Shown piece after piece: positions 41,884-52,729 of a stretch of DNA of 64,000 nt; the stretch's first letter is position 1, and every line of letters begins with the position of its first letter. Under the pieces are notes generated by a model. The model had not been told where the DNA came from and did not search any database. It saw only the letters and a list, made by a program, of their open reading frames with translations. This DNA is from an uncultured Chloroflexia bacterium. Lineage in GTDB: Bacteria > Chloroflexota > Anaerolineae > CG2-30-64-16. The position numbers and the translations under genes are program-made. The stretch covers positions 64,001-128,000 of the forward strand of contig CAWEMM010000002.1 in assembly GCA_963810095.1 (NCBI GenBank), in the 5' to 3' direction.

Positions 41884-43533
41884 TTAATATGCGCCGCGCC
41901 CGCCAATTACGGCAGGTATCGTCCGCAGCAGGATTGCGAGGTCCTTCCGCAGCGAGTAATGCTCGATATACCCCAGTTCCAGCGCGAGCCGCTCGTCGAA
42001 AGGCAGGTCGCCCCGCCCGCTCACCTGCATCGGCCCGGTCATGCCCGGCTTGACCGCCAGCCGCCGCCGCTGGTCGTCCGTATAGCGCGCAACCAGTGCG
42101 GCCTCTTCGGGCCGCGGGCCCACCAGGCTCATCTCCCCTCGCAGCACGTTGAACAACTGTGGCAGTTCGTCCAGGCTCCAGCGGCGCAGAGACCGGCCAG
42201 CCCGGGTCACGCGGGGGTCATTGGGGATTTTGAAAGCAGGCGCGGGCAGGTCATCGAGGTTGATCAGCCCCGACAGCGCCTGTTCGGCGTCCGTGGTCAT
42301 GGTGCGAAACTTAAGGATGCGGAAGGACTGGCCCTTCTGTCCCACCCGCACCTGCCGGAAAAGGACCGGTCCGGGCGAATCCAGCTTGATCCAGGCCGCA
42401 ATGACCAGCATGGGCAGCGCCATGGCCGCGAGCGTAAGGGTCGCGAGGACGAGGTCGAGCAGCCGCTTGGCCGCCCGCTGGGCCACGGTCAGCGGGGGAC
42501 GTGGTTCGTCGCTTTCCCGGGGGAAGCGGGCCAGGCCGGCGGCAAATCCGAAGCCCAGGGCCAGGGCACGGGCCCACATGATCGCCAAGCCCGGCAGCAG
42601 CACCGCGGGATCCTTGCGTACGATCTTCGCATAGAAGGGCAGCGCGGTCACGTCGAAAAGCGTGAGCGCGGCGACGAAGGCAATCCAGCCGGGCCACCAG
42701 GGGCTGTGCAGGGCCAGGCTGGCGATGGCGGCCACGGCCAGGAGTCCCAGGCTGGCCGCCGCGATGAGGAGTTGAGCCTTGAGCGCGCCGGGCGTGTGCG
42801 AGTCCTGCACCACCTGGGTGGGATGCTGGCGCGTCACCCGCACCTTCCACATGCCGATCCTGAACTTGCGCCGCATGTACTGGCCCAGGGTGCGGTTGTG
42901 CTGGTGGTACACCTGTGCCGCAGGCGCAAAGACCAGGCGGTAGCCCTTTTCGGCCAGCCGGAACGAAAACTCCTGGTCCTCGACCCACCAAATGCGCGTG
43001 TCGAAGCCGCCGTTTGCGAGGAAAATGTCGCGGCGGTAGGCTGCGCTGTAGGTGTCGACGAAGTCGATGCGCTCGGCCCCTGCCATCCGATCGTAACGAT
43101 CTTCGTACTCGAGTTGGGTGAACCGGGCGACGATGTTGCGCTGGCGCGACAGGTACGTGCCCTTGGCGCCTGCAACTTCCTCGTCCTCGACGGCGGGCTT
43201 TGCGAACGGCGCCGTGATCGCGCCGATCCACCCCGGCACCGGTTCGCAGTCGGCATCGGTGAAGAGCAGCAGGTCGCCCCGCGCGACTGCGGCGCCCGTA
43301 TTGCGGGCAGCTGCGGCGCCGGCATGGGGCTGGGTGATCGTCACCACGCCCGCCCGGCGCGCGATTTCGGCGGTGGCATCGCTCGAGCCGTCGTCGACGA
43401 CGATTACCTCGAAGGCGGCCGGATCGACTTCCTGTCCCGCCAGGGCGGCGAGGCAAGCGGGCAGGGTCGCAGCCGCCTGGTACGCGGGGACGATGACAGA
43501 GTAGCGGCAGTAGGCGTGGTCAGGCTGGGTCAT
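41884..43533 (-). CDS. GT2 glycosyltransferase fused to a monotopic phosphoglycosyl transferase domain
   Basis: SVIVPAY, VVDDGSSD, ARNTG, FTDADC, EDQEF; TM block; KRLLD, KFRTM, DPRVT, SLDELPQLFNVLRGEMSLVGPRP. Confidence 0.9.
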   Translation of the reverse strand: MTQPDHAYCRYSVIVPAYQAAATLPACLAALAGQEVDPAAFEVIVVDDGSSDATAEIARRAGVVTITQPHAGAAAARNTGAAVARGDLLLFTDADCEPVPGWIGAITAPFAKPAVEDEEVAGAKGTYLSRQRNIVARFTQLEYEDRYDRMAGAERIDFVDTYSAAYRRDIFLANGGFDTRIWWVEDQEFSFRLAEKGYRLVFAPAAQVYHQHNRTLGQYMRRKFRIGMWKVRVTRQHPTQVVQDSHTPGALKAQLLIAAASLGLLAVAAIASLALHSPWWPGWIAFVAALTLFDVTALPFYAKIVRKDPAVLLPGLAIMWARALALGFGFAAGLARFPRESDEPRPPLTVAQRAAKRLLDLVLATLTLAAMALPMLVIAAWIKLDSPGPVLFRQVRVGQKGQSFRILKFRTMTTDAEQALSGLINLDDLPAPAFKIPNDPRVTRAGRSLRRWSLDELPQLFNVLRGEMSLVGPRPEEAALVARYTDDQRRRLAVKPGMTGPMQVSGRGDLPFDERLALELGYIEHYSLRKDLAILLRTIPAVIGGRGAY

Positions 43534-44606
43534 GCCCGCCTTCCTTGACCGGATCTTGGGGCGCGCCTCCCGCGCGGACCTGCCAACCCAGCGGCACGGC
43601 GCAGCGCTCCGCCGCTCAGTGCTTCGCCCAGGCGCCAAAAGCTCAGCCCGAGCGCGATGCCCCCCAACAACACGGGCGGGCCCACCAGCACGCCGTTGAG
43701 GACCGTGCCCGCGGCCAGGCCCCGACTCGCTTCGACGCCAAACGCCGAGAGCACGGTCATGGTCACTGCGCCCACTACGCCGATCATTCCCGGCGGCGTC
43801 GGCGCCCAGTTACTCGACGTCAGCGCGAGCATGACGGCCAGCGCGGCGCTCCAGCCCACATCGAGGCGAAACGCAGCCAGCATGATTGCCACGGTGGCGA
43901 GTGAAAGCAGCCACACCGCGGCCGTGATGGCCGAAATGCGCACAAGCTGCTTCCCCCGCAGGCTGGCCATATTCGACAGGGTTGCTTCGAGCGCGTGCCG
44001 CCCCCAATTGACCGTACGGGCCAAGCGGACGGCCTTCGGATTGGGCAGCCGCGCCAGCGCCGCGACGATAGGCCGCTCCAGGTGGCCGAGTGTGAGCAGA
44101 CCTGCCAACAGGATCACGCCCAGAAGCACGCCCGCCGCGCCTGCTTCCATCCGCAGCGATGCCGGAATCAGGGAGAGGGGCAGGCCCGCAAGCACGATGA
44201 AGCCGACGGCCAGCAGGTCAAACGTTTTCTCGACGACGATCGTGCCAAACGTGCGGCCGACCGGGTGCCCTTTTTGGCGCATCAGCCCCAGCCGCGCCAC
44301 TTCGCCAAGGCGGATTGGAAACAGCAGGTTGAGCATCTGGCTGATCATGAGGACGCTGAAGAAAGTTGGATAGCGCAGCTTCGGCTCGGCGCCGGCATAG
44401 AGCCACTGCCAGCGAAGTGCTTTGCCGCCTGCCACCAGCACGACCGACGCTGTGGCAGCCCCCACGAGGGGCAGGGAAAAGGACGCAAACTCGGCGAGGA
44501 AGGCTGTCAGGTTGACCTGGCGCAGCGACACCCACAGGCAGACGGCGCCGACCAACAGGGCGCCCGCGGCCTGCGCCGAGCGGTTATGCAACAGGCGCCG
44601 GACCAT
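43530..44606 (-). CDS. UPF0104 / lysylphosphatidylglycerol-synthase TM-domain (flippase-like) protein
   Basis: ALRWQ, NLLFPIRLGEVAR, TIVVEKTFDL, PTPPGMIG; multi-TM; overlaps the GT2 gene start. Confidence 0.85.
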   Translation of the reverse strand: MVRRLLHNRSAQAAGALLVGAVCLWVSLRQVNLTAFLAEFASFSLPLVGAATASVVLVAGGKALRWQWLYAGAEPKLRYPTFFSVLMISQMLNLLFPIRLGEVARLGLMRQKGHPVGRTFGTIVVEKTFDLLAVGFIVLAGLPLSLIPASLRMEAGAAGVLLGVILLAGLLTLGHLERPIVAALARLPNPKAVRLARTVNWGRHALEATLSNMASLRGKQLVRISAITAAVWLLSLATVAIMLAAFRLDVGWSAALAVMLALTSSNWAPTPPGMIGVVGAVTMTVLSAFGVEASRGLAAGTVLNGVLVGPPVLLGGIALGLSFWRLGEALSGGALRRAAGLAGPRGRRAPRSGQGRRA

Positions 44607-44609
44607 GGG

Positions 44610-45188
44610 CTAGGCTGTCGAGGCGGCGCGGCGCCGCTTCCGCCTGCGCACGAAAAACCAGGTAATCAGGACCGCGACGATGACGACGAAAACCGCGGCG
44701 AGCGCGGGCAGGATGATGGCGACCAATGTCGTAGTTGCGGATACGACGTCTTCCAGGACGCTGACAACGGGATTGGCAACGCCCGCGGTTGTCGCGGTAA
44801 TGATGGGCCGGGCGGTCGCCTTGACGGCGTGCACGCCGCCCGCGACCAGCAAGCCGCAGATCATGGCAACGACGGGGCTCATCTCGCTGATCACGTTGCC
44901 GCTGGCCGCGAACAAGATCGCGCCGGCCGCGGGCCGGATGACTGTCTGGATGACATCGTTGACCGAGTCCACGGCCGGGACCTTATCCGCCACCGTCTCG
45001 ACCACGAGCAGGATGAACAGGAGACCGAGAACCCAGGGACTTTCGAGGGCGTTCCAGGGAGTGTTGAGGGTGATGAGGTCGGTGAAGCGCGCCAGGAGGC
45101 CCACAATCAGCAGCGGTAAGTATGCGTTCAGGCCGGTCGCTCCGGACAGGCCAAAGGCAGCGAGCACTCCGATCACGCCCATACTCAT
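44610..45188 (-). CDS. DUF4126-like membrane protein
   Basis: GLNAYLPLL, ADKVPAVDSVND, RPAAGA, NPVVSVLED. Confidence 0.82.
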   Translation of the reverse strand: MSMGVIGVLAAFGLSGATGLNAYLPLLIVGLLARFTDLITLNTPWNALESPWVLGLLFILLVVETVADKVPAVDSVNDVIQTVIRPAAGAILFAASGNVISEMSPVVAMICGLLVAGGVHAVKATARPIITATTAGVANPVVSVLEDVVSATTTLVAIILPALAAVFVVIVAVLITWFFVRRRKRRRAASTA

Positions 45189-45206
45189 CCTCCACCCATC
45201 AGCACA

Positions 45207-45284
45207 TTTACCACAAAGTCACAAAGACATACGGTTGTACGAAAGAGCCGGCCAGCCATTGTGTCTCGGTGTCTTTGTGGTAAA
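45207..45284. repeat. CACRRAG-type inverted repeat
   Basis: TTTACCACAAAGTCACAAAGACA...TGTCTCGGTGTCTTTGTGGTAAA (12-bp perfect ends). Confidence 0.7.
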
Positions 45285-45304
45285 GCTCCCTCCGGGCAAC
45301 GAGC

Positions 45305-46015
45305 CTACTGCAGCGGCTCGCCGATCGGCGTCACGCTGTTGTGCGCAATTTGGCCGAACAGGTGCGCCTGCACCAGGTACTGCCACAGCGTCGCCAGCGG
45401 AATCGTGATGATGGCGCCGACAAGCAGCAGGATGAAGCCGAGCGAACCCACAATCGCGGCAATGATGCCGGCCACGACGTCGACCAGCAGGATGGCGACG
45501 ATCACGTTGCCCAGGTTGTCGCGCGTGAACTGCCACATCTGGCCGAGCGCGAACGCGGACGTGAACTCGTCTGTCTGGGCAATGCGAATCCAGATTGCGG
45601 GCGTGATCAGCGCCACGAAGAGGATCCAGATCAGAAGGAGACACGACGCGCAGCACAAGATGGCGATACCGATGGCTTCACCACCCTGGCCCTGGTCGGT
45701 CAGCAGCGAGCCGATGACCAGCGGGATGGTCAGCAGGAGTGCGGGCAGCGCCCAGACGAAAGTGGCGGCTGCAACCTTGAACCCGCGGCTCAGGAATCCG
45801 CCCCAATCATCCCACTCGGGCATAGGCCGGGCTTCGCCGTTCATGACGTTGCGCAGGACCACGACGGTATAGCCCATGACGGCCATGAGGGGGATCAGGC
45901 CGATGAGGAACGGCATGAGCACGACCGCCAGCGCGCCCACGCCCGTCCCGATGGCCAGCTTCTTGAGCCACTCGGGATCGTCGAACATATAGGTAAAACC
46001 GCGACCAAAATCCAT
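45305..46015 (-). CDS. DUF4013-like membrane protein
   Basis: AAGGAGG RBS; MDFGRGFTYMFDDPEWLKKL..MGY..MPEWDDWG; multi-TM. Confidence 0.8.
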   Translation of the reverse strand: MDFGRGFTYMFDDPEWLKKLAIGTGVGALAVVLMPFLIGLIPLMAVMGYTVVVLRNVMNGEARPMPEWDDWGGFLSRGFKVAAATFVWALPALLLTIPLVIGSLLTDQGQGGEAIGIAILCCASCLLLIWILFVALITPAIWIRIAQTDEFTSAFALGQMWQFTRDNLGNVIVAILLVDVVAGIIAAIVGSLGFILLLVGAIITIPLATLWQYLVQAHLFGQIAHNSVTPIGEPLQ

Positions 46016-46275
46016 GAGTTCCTCCTTGGGTTTGGAGCGCAATCTCGCGCCGATGAGCTTCCCAGAACACCGCGGGTGGGGCGGTGAAACATGGTCCAAT
46101 GATAAGCCCGCTTCGATTCGCGCGGATGGCAAGCAGCCGACGAAGGGCTGACGCTTGTATGACGCGTCAAAGGCACCGTGGACACGCCGATTGCGTCGCA
46201 TCATACCATAGCTGCCGGCTATCCGGAACACAATCGCTCGTGCCCGTCAGCCGCCATCAGCGACCTGATTTCAAC

Positions 46276-47079
46276 TCAGAACGGGAGCCCGAATCGAGCA
46301 GTCAGGGCATCCCGAGCCGCGCCGATCAGTGCGATCTCGCAGAGCGCCAGCGCCAATCCGACCGTCAGAGGCGACAGCACCTCGCGCCAGTGCCGGGCCT
46401 TGCCGTCGCGCCGGCGCGCGGCCAGGTAGAACATCGTGTTCAGCGCGCCGAGCAGCACAGCCACCATGAGGCCGCTGAGCAGGGCTAGCGGATAGAGCAG
46501 GGGCTCCCACTCGCTGCCGACCCCCACGACGACCACGCCGGCTCCGAGGAGCAGGCACAACAGGTCACGACCGCCCGCGATGCTGCGGGTGTCAGACGGA
46601 GCGCGCCAGAACGTGATGTTGATTGCGGGGACCAGGATGGCCGCAATCGCAATGCCCTCCAGGGAACCGGTGACCAGGCGCAAGAGGTTGCTGGGCGTGT
46701 AGAGATGCGGCAGTTCCAGCAGGGCGAGGAATGAATTGAGGCCGTCGAGCGCCCACAGAAGCATGAAGAGCCCCAGTACGATGAGGTAGGGCCGCGCCGG
46801 GAAGCGGCCGGCCCGCAGCTTCCCTCGAGACGCCAGCACGATCAGGCCGGCCAGGGCCCCCAGGTAGGTGCCGGTGCACCGCGCGCAGAGCGGTAGTTGC
46901 CGGCCCGCGATAAAGAAGCTGTGGTCGCCGATCTGGTGGCACACGGCGTAGCCAGCCCTATCGGCTGCCTGCAACGGGCTGTGGGGGCCGAGAAACAGCA
47001 GCACGGCGATAACGACCAGCGCAAAGACGGCGATGAGGCGCTCGGAAGTCGGCTTGAATCGGGAAGGCGAGGCGGACAT
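46276..47079 (-). CDS. DUF2085-like membrane protein
   Basis: VCHQ..HSF..QLPLCARCTGTYLG, LDG, NLLRLVTG. Confidence 0.8.
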   Translation of the reverse strand: MSASPSRFKPTSERLIAVFALVVIAVLLFLGPHSPLQAADRAGYAVCHQIGDHSFFIAGRQLPLCARCTGTYLGALAGLIVLASRGKLRAGRFPARPYLIVLGLFMLLWALDGLNSFLALLELPHLYTPSNLLRLVTGSLEGIAIAAILVPAINITFWRAPSDTRSIAGGRDLLCLLLGAGVVVVGVGSEWEPLLYPLALLSGLMVAVLLGALNTMFYLAARRRDGKARHWREVLSPLTVGLALALCEIALIGAARDALTARFGLPF

Positions 47080-47505
47080 ATCGCTATTATATGCGACGGC
47101 CTGCGTGGGCCAAACGCGATTTGCGCCGGCAAGCAACGCGTGCTAGACTCGCGGTGTCTACCGCCTCGCATCCACGCGGCCAGGCGTCGATTCCAGGCGG
47201 AACCGGTCCTTGTCTCCCGCCAGGGAGGCTCTAACGCATGCATAGGGAGGCGCCGCTGACCGATACTCCTCACCGATCTCCCGCATTTTGAATTTCATCG
47301 ATTGCCTCGGCAAAGCGGTTATGGCGCTAGCGCCCGAGACGTGCGCACCGGCCCGGTCTTGGCCATTGGATGTGCGGAGGCATGGCCTAGCCTTCCAGTC
47401 GGGAACGGCGGACGCTCGACCGAAAAGTTCTGTTTGCCCTGGCTGCTGCATATACTCCGAAGAGTCGCGCGCCGCGCGATACAGTGCACAAGGAGCAAAA
47501 CACTC

Positions 47506-48615
<1,110 letters not shown>

Positions 48616-48634
48616 AACCCGGACCGGGCGGCTG

Positions 48635-48675
48635 AAAAAGAGACCTGGTTTCTTCAAGAAACCAGGTCTCTTTTT
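48635..48675. terminator. Bidirectional intrinsic terminator built on a GAAACC-type palindrome
   Basis: AAAAAGAGACCTGGTTTCTT-C-AAGAAACCAGGTCTCTTTTT between convergent genes. Confidence 0.85.
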
Positions 48676-48700
48676 ATTCGCTTCGCACGCCTTGCGCCGT

Positions 48701-49246
48701 TTATCCCATGAACGCGGCCGCTTCTGCTGCCTCGCCTGTAGCCGCGGCCGCTTCCTCGGCCGTCAGCCGGTGGATCGTGGCGGGATCGGCCTTATCGATG
48801 AAGAGCACACCCTCCAGGTGATCGATCTCGTGCTGAAAGATGCGCGCCAGGTAATCCTGCGCCTTGATTCGCTGGGGGCGGCCGAATGCATCCTGCCCGC
48901 GTACCACGAGCTCGACGCTCCGCTCTACCTCGCCGACATATCCCGGGATGGACAGGCAGCCTTCTTCGCCCTTTTCAGTGTCGCGCGACGCTTTGACAAT
49001 CTCGGGATTGACGAAGGTGTACAACTCGGCAGGTAAGCCCTCTTCTTCGTCCGCGGGCAGTTCGACCACGATGATGCGCTCGGGGATATTAATCTGTGGG
49101 GCGGCCAGCCCTACGCCGGGCGCAAGCCGCATTGTCTCGACCATGTCGTCAATCAACTGCTGAAGCTCGGGCCCAAACTTGGTGACCTTGCGCGCCTTCT
49201 GGCGCAAGGTAGGATGCCCGAGCGTAATGATCTGCCGAATTGCCAT
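48701..49246 (-). CDS. def: Peptide deformylase
   Basis: GVGLAAPQ, EGCLS, QHEIDHLEG. Confidence 0.97.
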   Translation of the reverse strand: MAIRQIITLGHPTLRQKARKVTKFGPELQQLIDDMVETMRLAPGVGLAAPQINIPERIIVVELPADEEEGLPAELYTFVNPEIVKASRDTEKGEEGCLSIPGYVGEVERSVELVVRGQDAFGRPQRIKAQDYLARIFQHEIDHLEGVLFIDKADPATIHRLTAEEAAAATGEAAEAAAFMG

Positions 49247-49283
49247 CTGCCAGCTCCCCTTAATTTCTCAACAATTCGGTATA

Positions 49284-49311
49284 ATTATACCCTTTGGCCG
49301 GAAACTGTCAA
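49284..49311 (-). promoter_or_regulatory. sigma70 promoter of def
   Basis: Minus strand TTGACA-16 nt-TATAAT. Confidence 0.7.
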
Positions 49312-49525
49312 AGCGCCGTGCTCCACTTGGGGGGTCGTCGGGCCAGGGCTGCTCGCGTGCCAGGGTCCGCTGCGAACATTCCTTGCAAAACTACCCGCTG
49401 CAGTGGTACATTCAACCTTGCCGCACGACCTAATAGGGTATTTGGCTGCCCGTGCGGCGACAATATTAGCTGGACGGCCCCACTGTCATCGCAAGACGCG
49501 GGGCCGCCCCGGAGAGAGGCTCCTT

Positions 49526-50368
49526 TTGAACGAAAAACTCAACCGGCTCCGCGCACTTCTGCGCGGGTTTGACCGGGTTGCGGTCGCATATTCCGGCGGC
49601 GTCGACAGCACGCTTGTGCTCAAGGTGGCTCACGACGAGCTGGGCGTCAACGCCATCGGCCTCACCGCCGTATCGGCCAGCATGCCGCATTACGAGCGCT
49701 CCGCCGCCGACCAGGTGGCCCAACAGATCGGCGCCCGCGTGCTTTACATCCAAACGCATGAAGACGAAGACGACCGCTACCTGGAAAATCCCCCGAACCG
49801 CTGCTACTTCTGCAAGACCGACGTGTACGACGAACTGATCCAGGTCGCGGCCGGGGAAGGGTTTTCGGTATTGCTTGACGGCACGAACGCGGACGATGCG
49901 GGCGATTGGCGGCCGGGGCGCGAAGCCGCGCGCCAGCACGGTGTCCGCAGCCCCCTGCAGGAGATGGGCTTTACGAAAGACGAGATTCGCGCAGCGGCGC
50001 GCGAGTTGGGGCTCGCCAACTGGGATCTGCCATCTGCGCCCTGTCTCTCCTCGCGTGTCCCGTACGGCACCCGCATCACCCCCGAGATGCTCGATCAGAT
50101 CGGGCGAGGTGAGTGGGCGCTGCGCGAAAAGGGCTTCCGTGAGGTCCGCGTGCGCCATCACGGTCCCGTCGCCCGCGTCGAGGTGCCCGTGAGCGAACTG
50201 GAGCGCGCGCTCGCCATGCGCGAAGAGATCGTCGCCGCGTTGAAAGAAGCCGGCTACACGTTCGTTGCCTTAGATCTATCCGGCCTGAAGTCGGGCGGCC
50301 TGAACCTGGCCATCAAGAGCTACGGGAGCGCGAGTGGACGCGGAGAAACTGCGCCAACTGCTGAGTGA
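49526..50368 (+). CDS. larE: Nickel-pincer cofactor sulfur transferase LarE
   Basis: AYSGGVDS PP-loop, RCYFCK, DGTNADD..RPG, PCLSSRVPYG, VRVRHH; TTG start inferred. Confidence 0.92.
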   Translation: MNEKLNRLRALLRGFDRVAVAYSGGVDSTLVLKVAHDELGVNAIGLTAVSASMPHYERSAADQVAQQIGARVLYIQTHEDEDDRYLENPPNRCYFCKTDVYDELIQVAAGEGFSVLLDGTNADDAGDWRPGREAARQHGVRSPLQEMGFTKDEIRAAARELGLANWDLPSAPCLSSRVPYGTRITPEMLDQIGRGEWALREKGFREVRVRHHGPVARVEVPVSELERALAMREEIVAALKEAGYTFVALDLSGLKSGGLNLAIKSYGSASGRGETAPTAE

Positions 50369-51095
50369 GGTCCAAGCCGGCGGTGTAAGCGTGGACGACG
50401 CGCTGGGCCGGCTCCGGACACTGCCTTTCGAGGATCTGGGCTACGCACAGCTCGATCTGCACCGCGCCCTGCGCCAGGGGTTGCCCGAGGTGGTTTTCTG
50501 CCAGGGCAAAACGAACGAGCACGCGGCCGGTATTTTCGAGCGCCTGTGGGCCAACCACGACCGGGTTCTAGGCACCCGGGCGTCGCCCGAGATGGCTGCG
50601 TTCATCCAGGCGCGGCTGCCCGAAGCCCGCTACGACCCGCTCTCCCGGTTGGTGATGTTGGCGCGCGGCGATCAGCCTGAGCCCGGGCCAGACGGGCCAT
50701 ACGCACTCGTCGCCTGCGCGGGCACGGCCGATCTGTCCGTGGCGGAAGAGGCGAGCCAGACACTCTCGTTCTTTAGCGGCCGCGTCAGACGCGCCTACGA
50801 TGTCGGGGTCGCCGGCATCCACCGGCTGCTGGACCGCCGGGAGGACATAGCCGGGGCATCGGTCATCATCAGCGTGGCGGGAATGGAGGGCGCACTCACC
50901 AGCGTCATCGGCGGATTGGCCGGATGCCCCGTCATCGGAGTGCCGACGAGCGTCGGTTATGGTGCGAGTTTCGGCGGGCTAGCCGCGCTGCTCGCCATGC
51001 TGAATTCGTGCGCGTCCGGCGTCTCTGTCGTAAACATCGACAATGGATTCGGCGCGGCCATTACGGCCCACCGGATCCTTGCGCTGGCCAGGTAG
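50334..51095 (+). CDS. larB: Nickel-pincer cofactor carboxylase LarB
   Basis: DLHRALRQGLPEVVFCQGK, AGTADL, DVGVAGIHRL, AGMEGAL, PTSVGYG, VVNIDNGFGA. Confidence 0.95.
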   Translation: MDAEKLRQLLSEVQAGGVSVDDALGRLRTLPFEDLGYAQLDLHRALRQGLPEVVFCQGKTNEHAAGIFERLWANHDRVLGTRASPEMAAFIQARLPEARYDPLSRLVMLARGDQPEPGPDGPYALVACAGTADLSVAEEASQTLSFFSGRVRRAYDVGVAGIHRLLDRREDIAGASVIISVAGMEGALTSVIGGLAGCPVIGVPTSVGYGASFGGLAALLAMLNSCASGVSVVNIDNGFGAAITAHRILALAR

Positions 51096-51129
51096 GCGAG
51101 CCGGCCGGCGCTTTCCAGGAACAATCTAC

Positions 51130-52281
51130 ATGCGAGTGCTCTATTTCGACTGCGTCGCCGGCGCGAGCGGCGACATGATCCTGGCAGCCCTGCTGGCCGC
51201 GGGGTTGGACGAGGGCGCACTGGCCGCGCGGCTGGCACACCTGCACCTGCCCGGCTTCAGGCTCCAGGTCGAGCGCGTCCAGAAGTCCGGCATCGCCGCG
51301 ACGCACGTCGAAGTGCTCGTCGACGACGACGTACCCGAGCGCCATCTCCGGGAGCTGGTTGCCGTCGTCGAAGCGGCCGCGTTGCCGGCCCACGTGATCG
51401 AGAAGTCTATCGCGATCCTGCGCCGGATAGGGGAGGTCGAAGCCGCAATCCATGGCGCACCGGACGCGGAACAGGTTCATCTCCACGAGTTGGGCGGCCT
51501 GGATACACTTGTCGACGTCGTCGGCGCGGTGAGTGGGGTCGACTTGCTGGGGGCAGAAAAGGTCATCTGCTCCCCCATCCCCCTTGGACGCGGCTTTGCG
51601 CGCAGTGCGCACGGCAGGATTCCCGTCCCGGCCCCCGCGACCCTGGCGTTGCTGCAGGGCGCGCCCGTCATGGGCATCGACGTGGAAGGCGAGACGGTTA
51701 CGCCGACAGGGGCGGCCTTGCTCACGTCGCTTGCGTCGGGTTACGGCTCCATCCCGGCCATGACCCTCGAGGCCACCGGCTACGGCGCGGGCCGCAAAGA
51801 TTGGGCGATTCCCAACGTGCTGCGGGTGCTCGTCGGCGAGGCCGAGGCGCAGGGCTTGCAGGAGTCGCTGTCGCTCCTCGAGACAAATATCGACGACTTG
51901 AATCCGGAGACGTACGAATACGTGATGGCCCGTCTGTTTTCAGCGGGCGCGCTGGACGTATTTCTTGCGCCGATCCAGATGAAGAAGAACCGGCCGGCCA
52001 CCTTGCTCTCGGTGCTGTGCCGCCCCACGCTGGTCGACGCGCTTACGCAGATCCTCTTTGCCGAGACCAGTACCTTGGGCATTCGCCGGCAAGACGTTAC
52101 CCGCACTTGCCTTCCGCGCGAAATCCGCACCGTAGAAACACCGTACGGGCCGATCCGGGTGAAACTGGCCCATATGGGAGACCGCCACAAGGCCGCGCCC
52201 GAATACGAGGACTGCCGGCGCGCGGCTGAGGCGCACGGAGTGCCGCTGCGAGACGTCTATTTGGCCGCGCAACAGTTCTGA
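51130..52281 (+). CDS. larC: Nickel-pincer cofactor nickel insertase LarC
   Basis: YFDC.AGASGDM, AAIHG, HLHELGGLD, PVPAPAT, TPTGAA, ETNIDD, MKKNRP, PEYEDC. Confidence 0.94.
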   Translation: MRVLYFDCVAGASGDMILAALLAAGLDEGALAARLAHLHLPGFRLQVERVQKSGIAATHVEVLVDDDVPERHLRELVAVVEAAALPAHVIEKSIAILRRIGEVEAAIHGAPDAEQVHLHELGGLDTLVDVVGAVSGVDLLGAEKVICSPIPLGRGFARSAHGRIPVPAPATLALLQGAPVMGIDVEGETVTPTGAALLTSLASGYGSIPAMTLEATGYGAGRKDWAIPNVLRVLVGEAEAQGLQESLSLLETNIDDLNPETYEYVMARLFSAGALDVFLAPIQMKKNRPATLLSVLCRPTLVDALTQILFAETSTLGIRRQDVTRTCLPREIRTVETPYGPIRVKLAHMGDRHKAAPEYEDCRRAAEAHGVPLRDVYLAAQQF

Positions 52282-52372
52282 GCGTTCTGCTCGGGTTGGC
52301 CCAACATTCATGGTTTGTTCGCTGCCAGACGCCATTCCACTGCTCTGCAAAGGGACAATCGTGAGATGTGAT

Positions 52373-52401
52373 TTGCGGCGCGTCGACAAGCTGCGTATAA
52401 T
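52373..52401 (+). promoter_or_regulatory. sigma70 promoter of the BMP/ABC operon
   Basis: TTGCGG-17 nt-TATAAT, about 320 nt upstream of the start codon. Confidence 0.55.
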
Positions 52402-52729
52402 GTTCTCGGCTACGGCGGGCGCGTCAGAACGGACTGGCGCGGCCAAGCCCCAGGCCTTTCCTGCCGCATTGTGGCTCGTTCTGCCTTCCCTCGGAGGGAA
52501 GCAGCCCACAACGCCAGAACTAACGCATGTTCCTCAGTACAAACCCAGCGCGCGTCTTGCTGGTTGAGTTCTCGTCGAGAGGAGGTGCAATCCATTCGGA
52601 TGGCGGGGGGTTGCCTGTGGTAAAGCTTATCAGCGTCGCGTTCCCTCTGCCAAGCTCCCCTTGCTTCTCGTTCTTTCACAGTTACCCTGTTGGTTCACCT
52701 GTAAACCCTATCAGGAGGAGATTGAAGTG

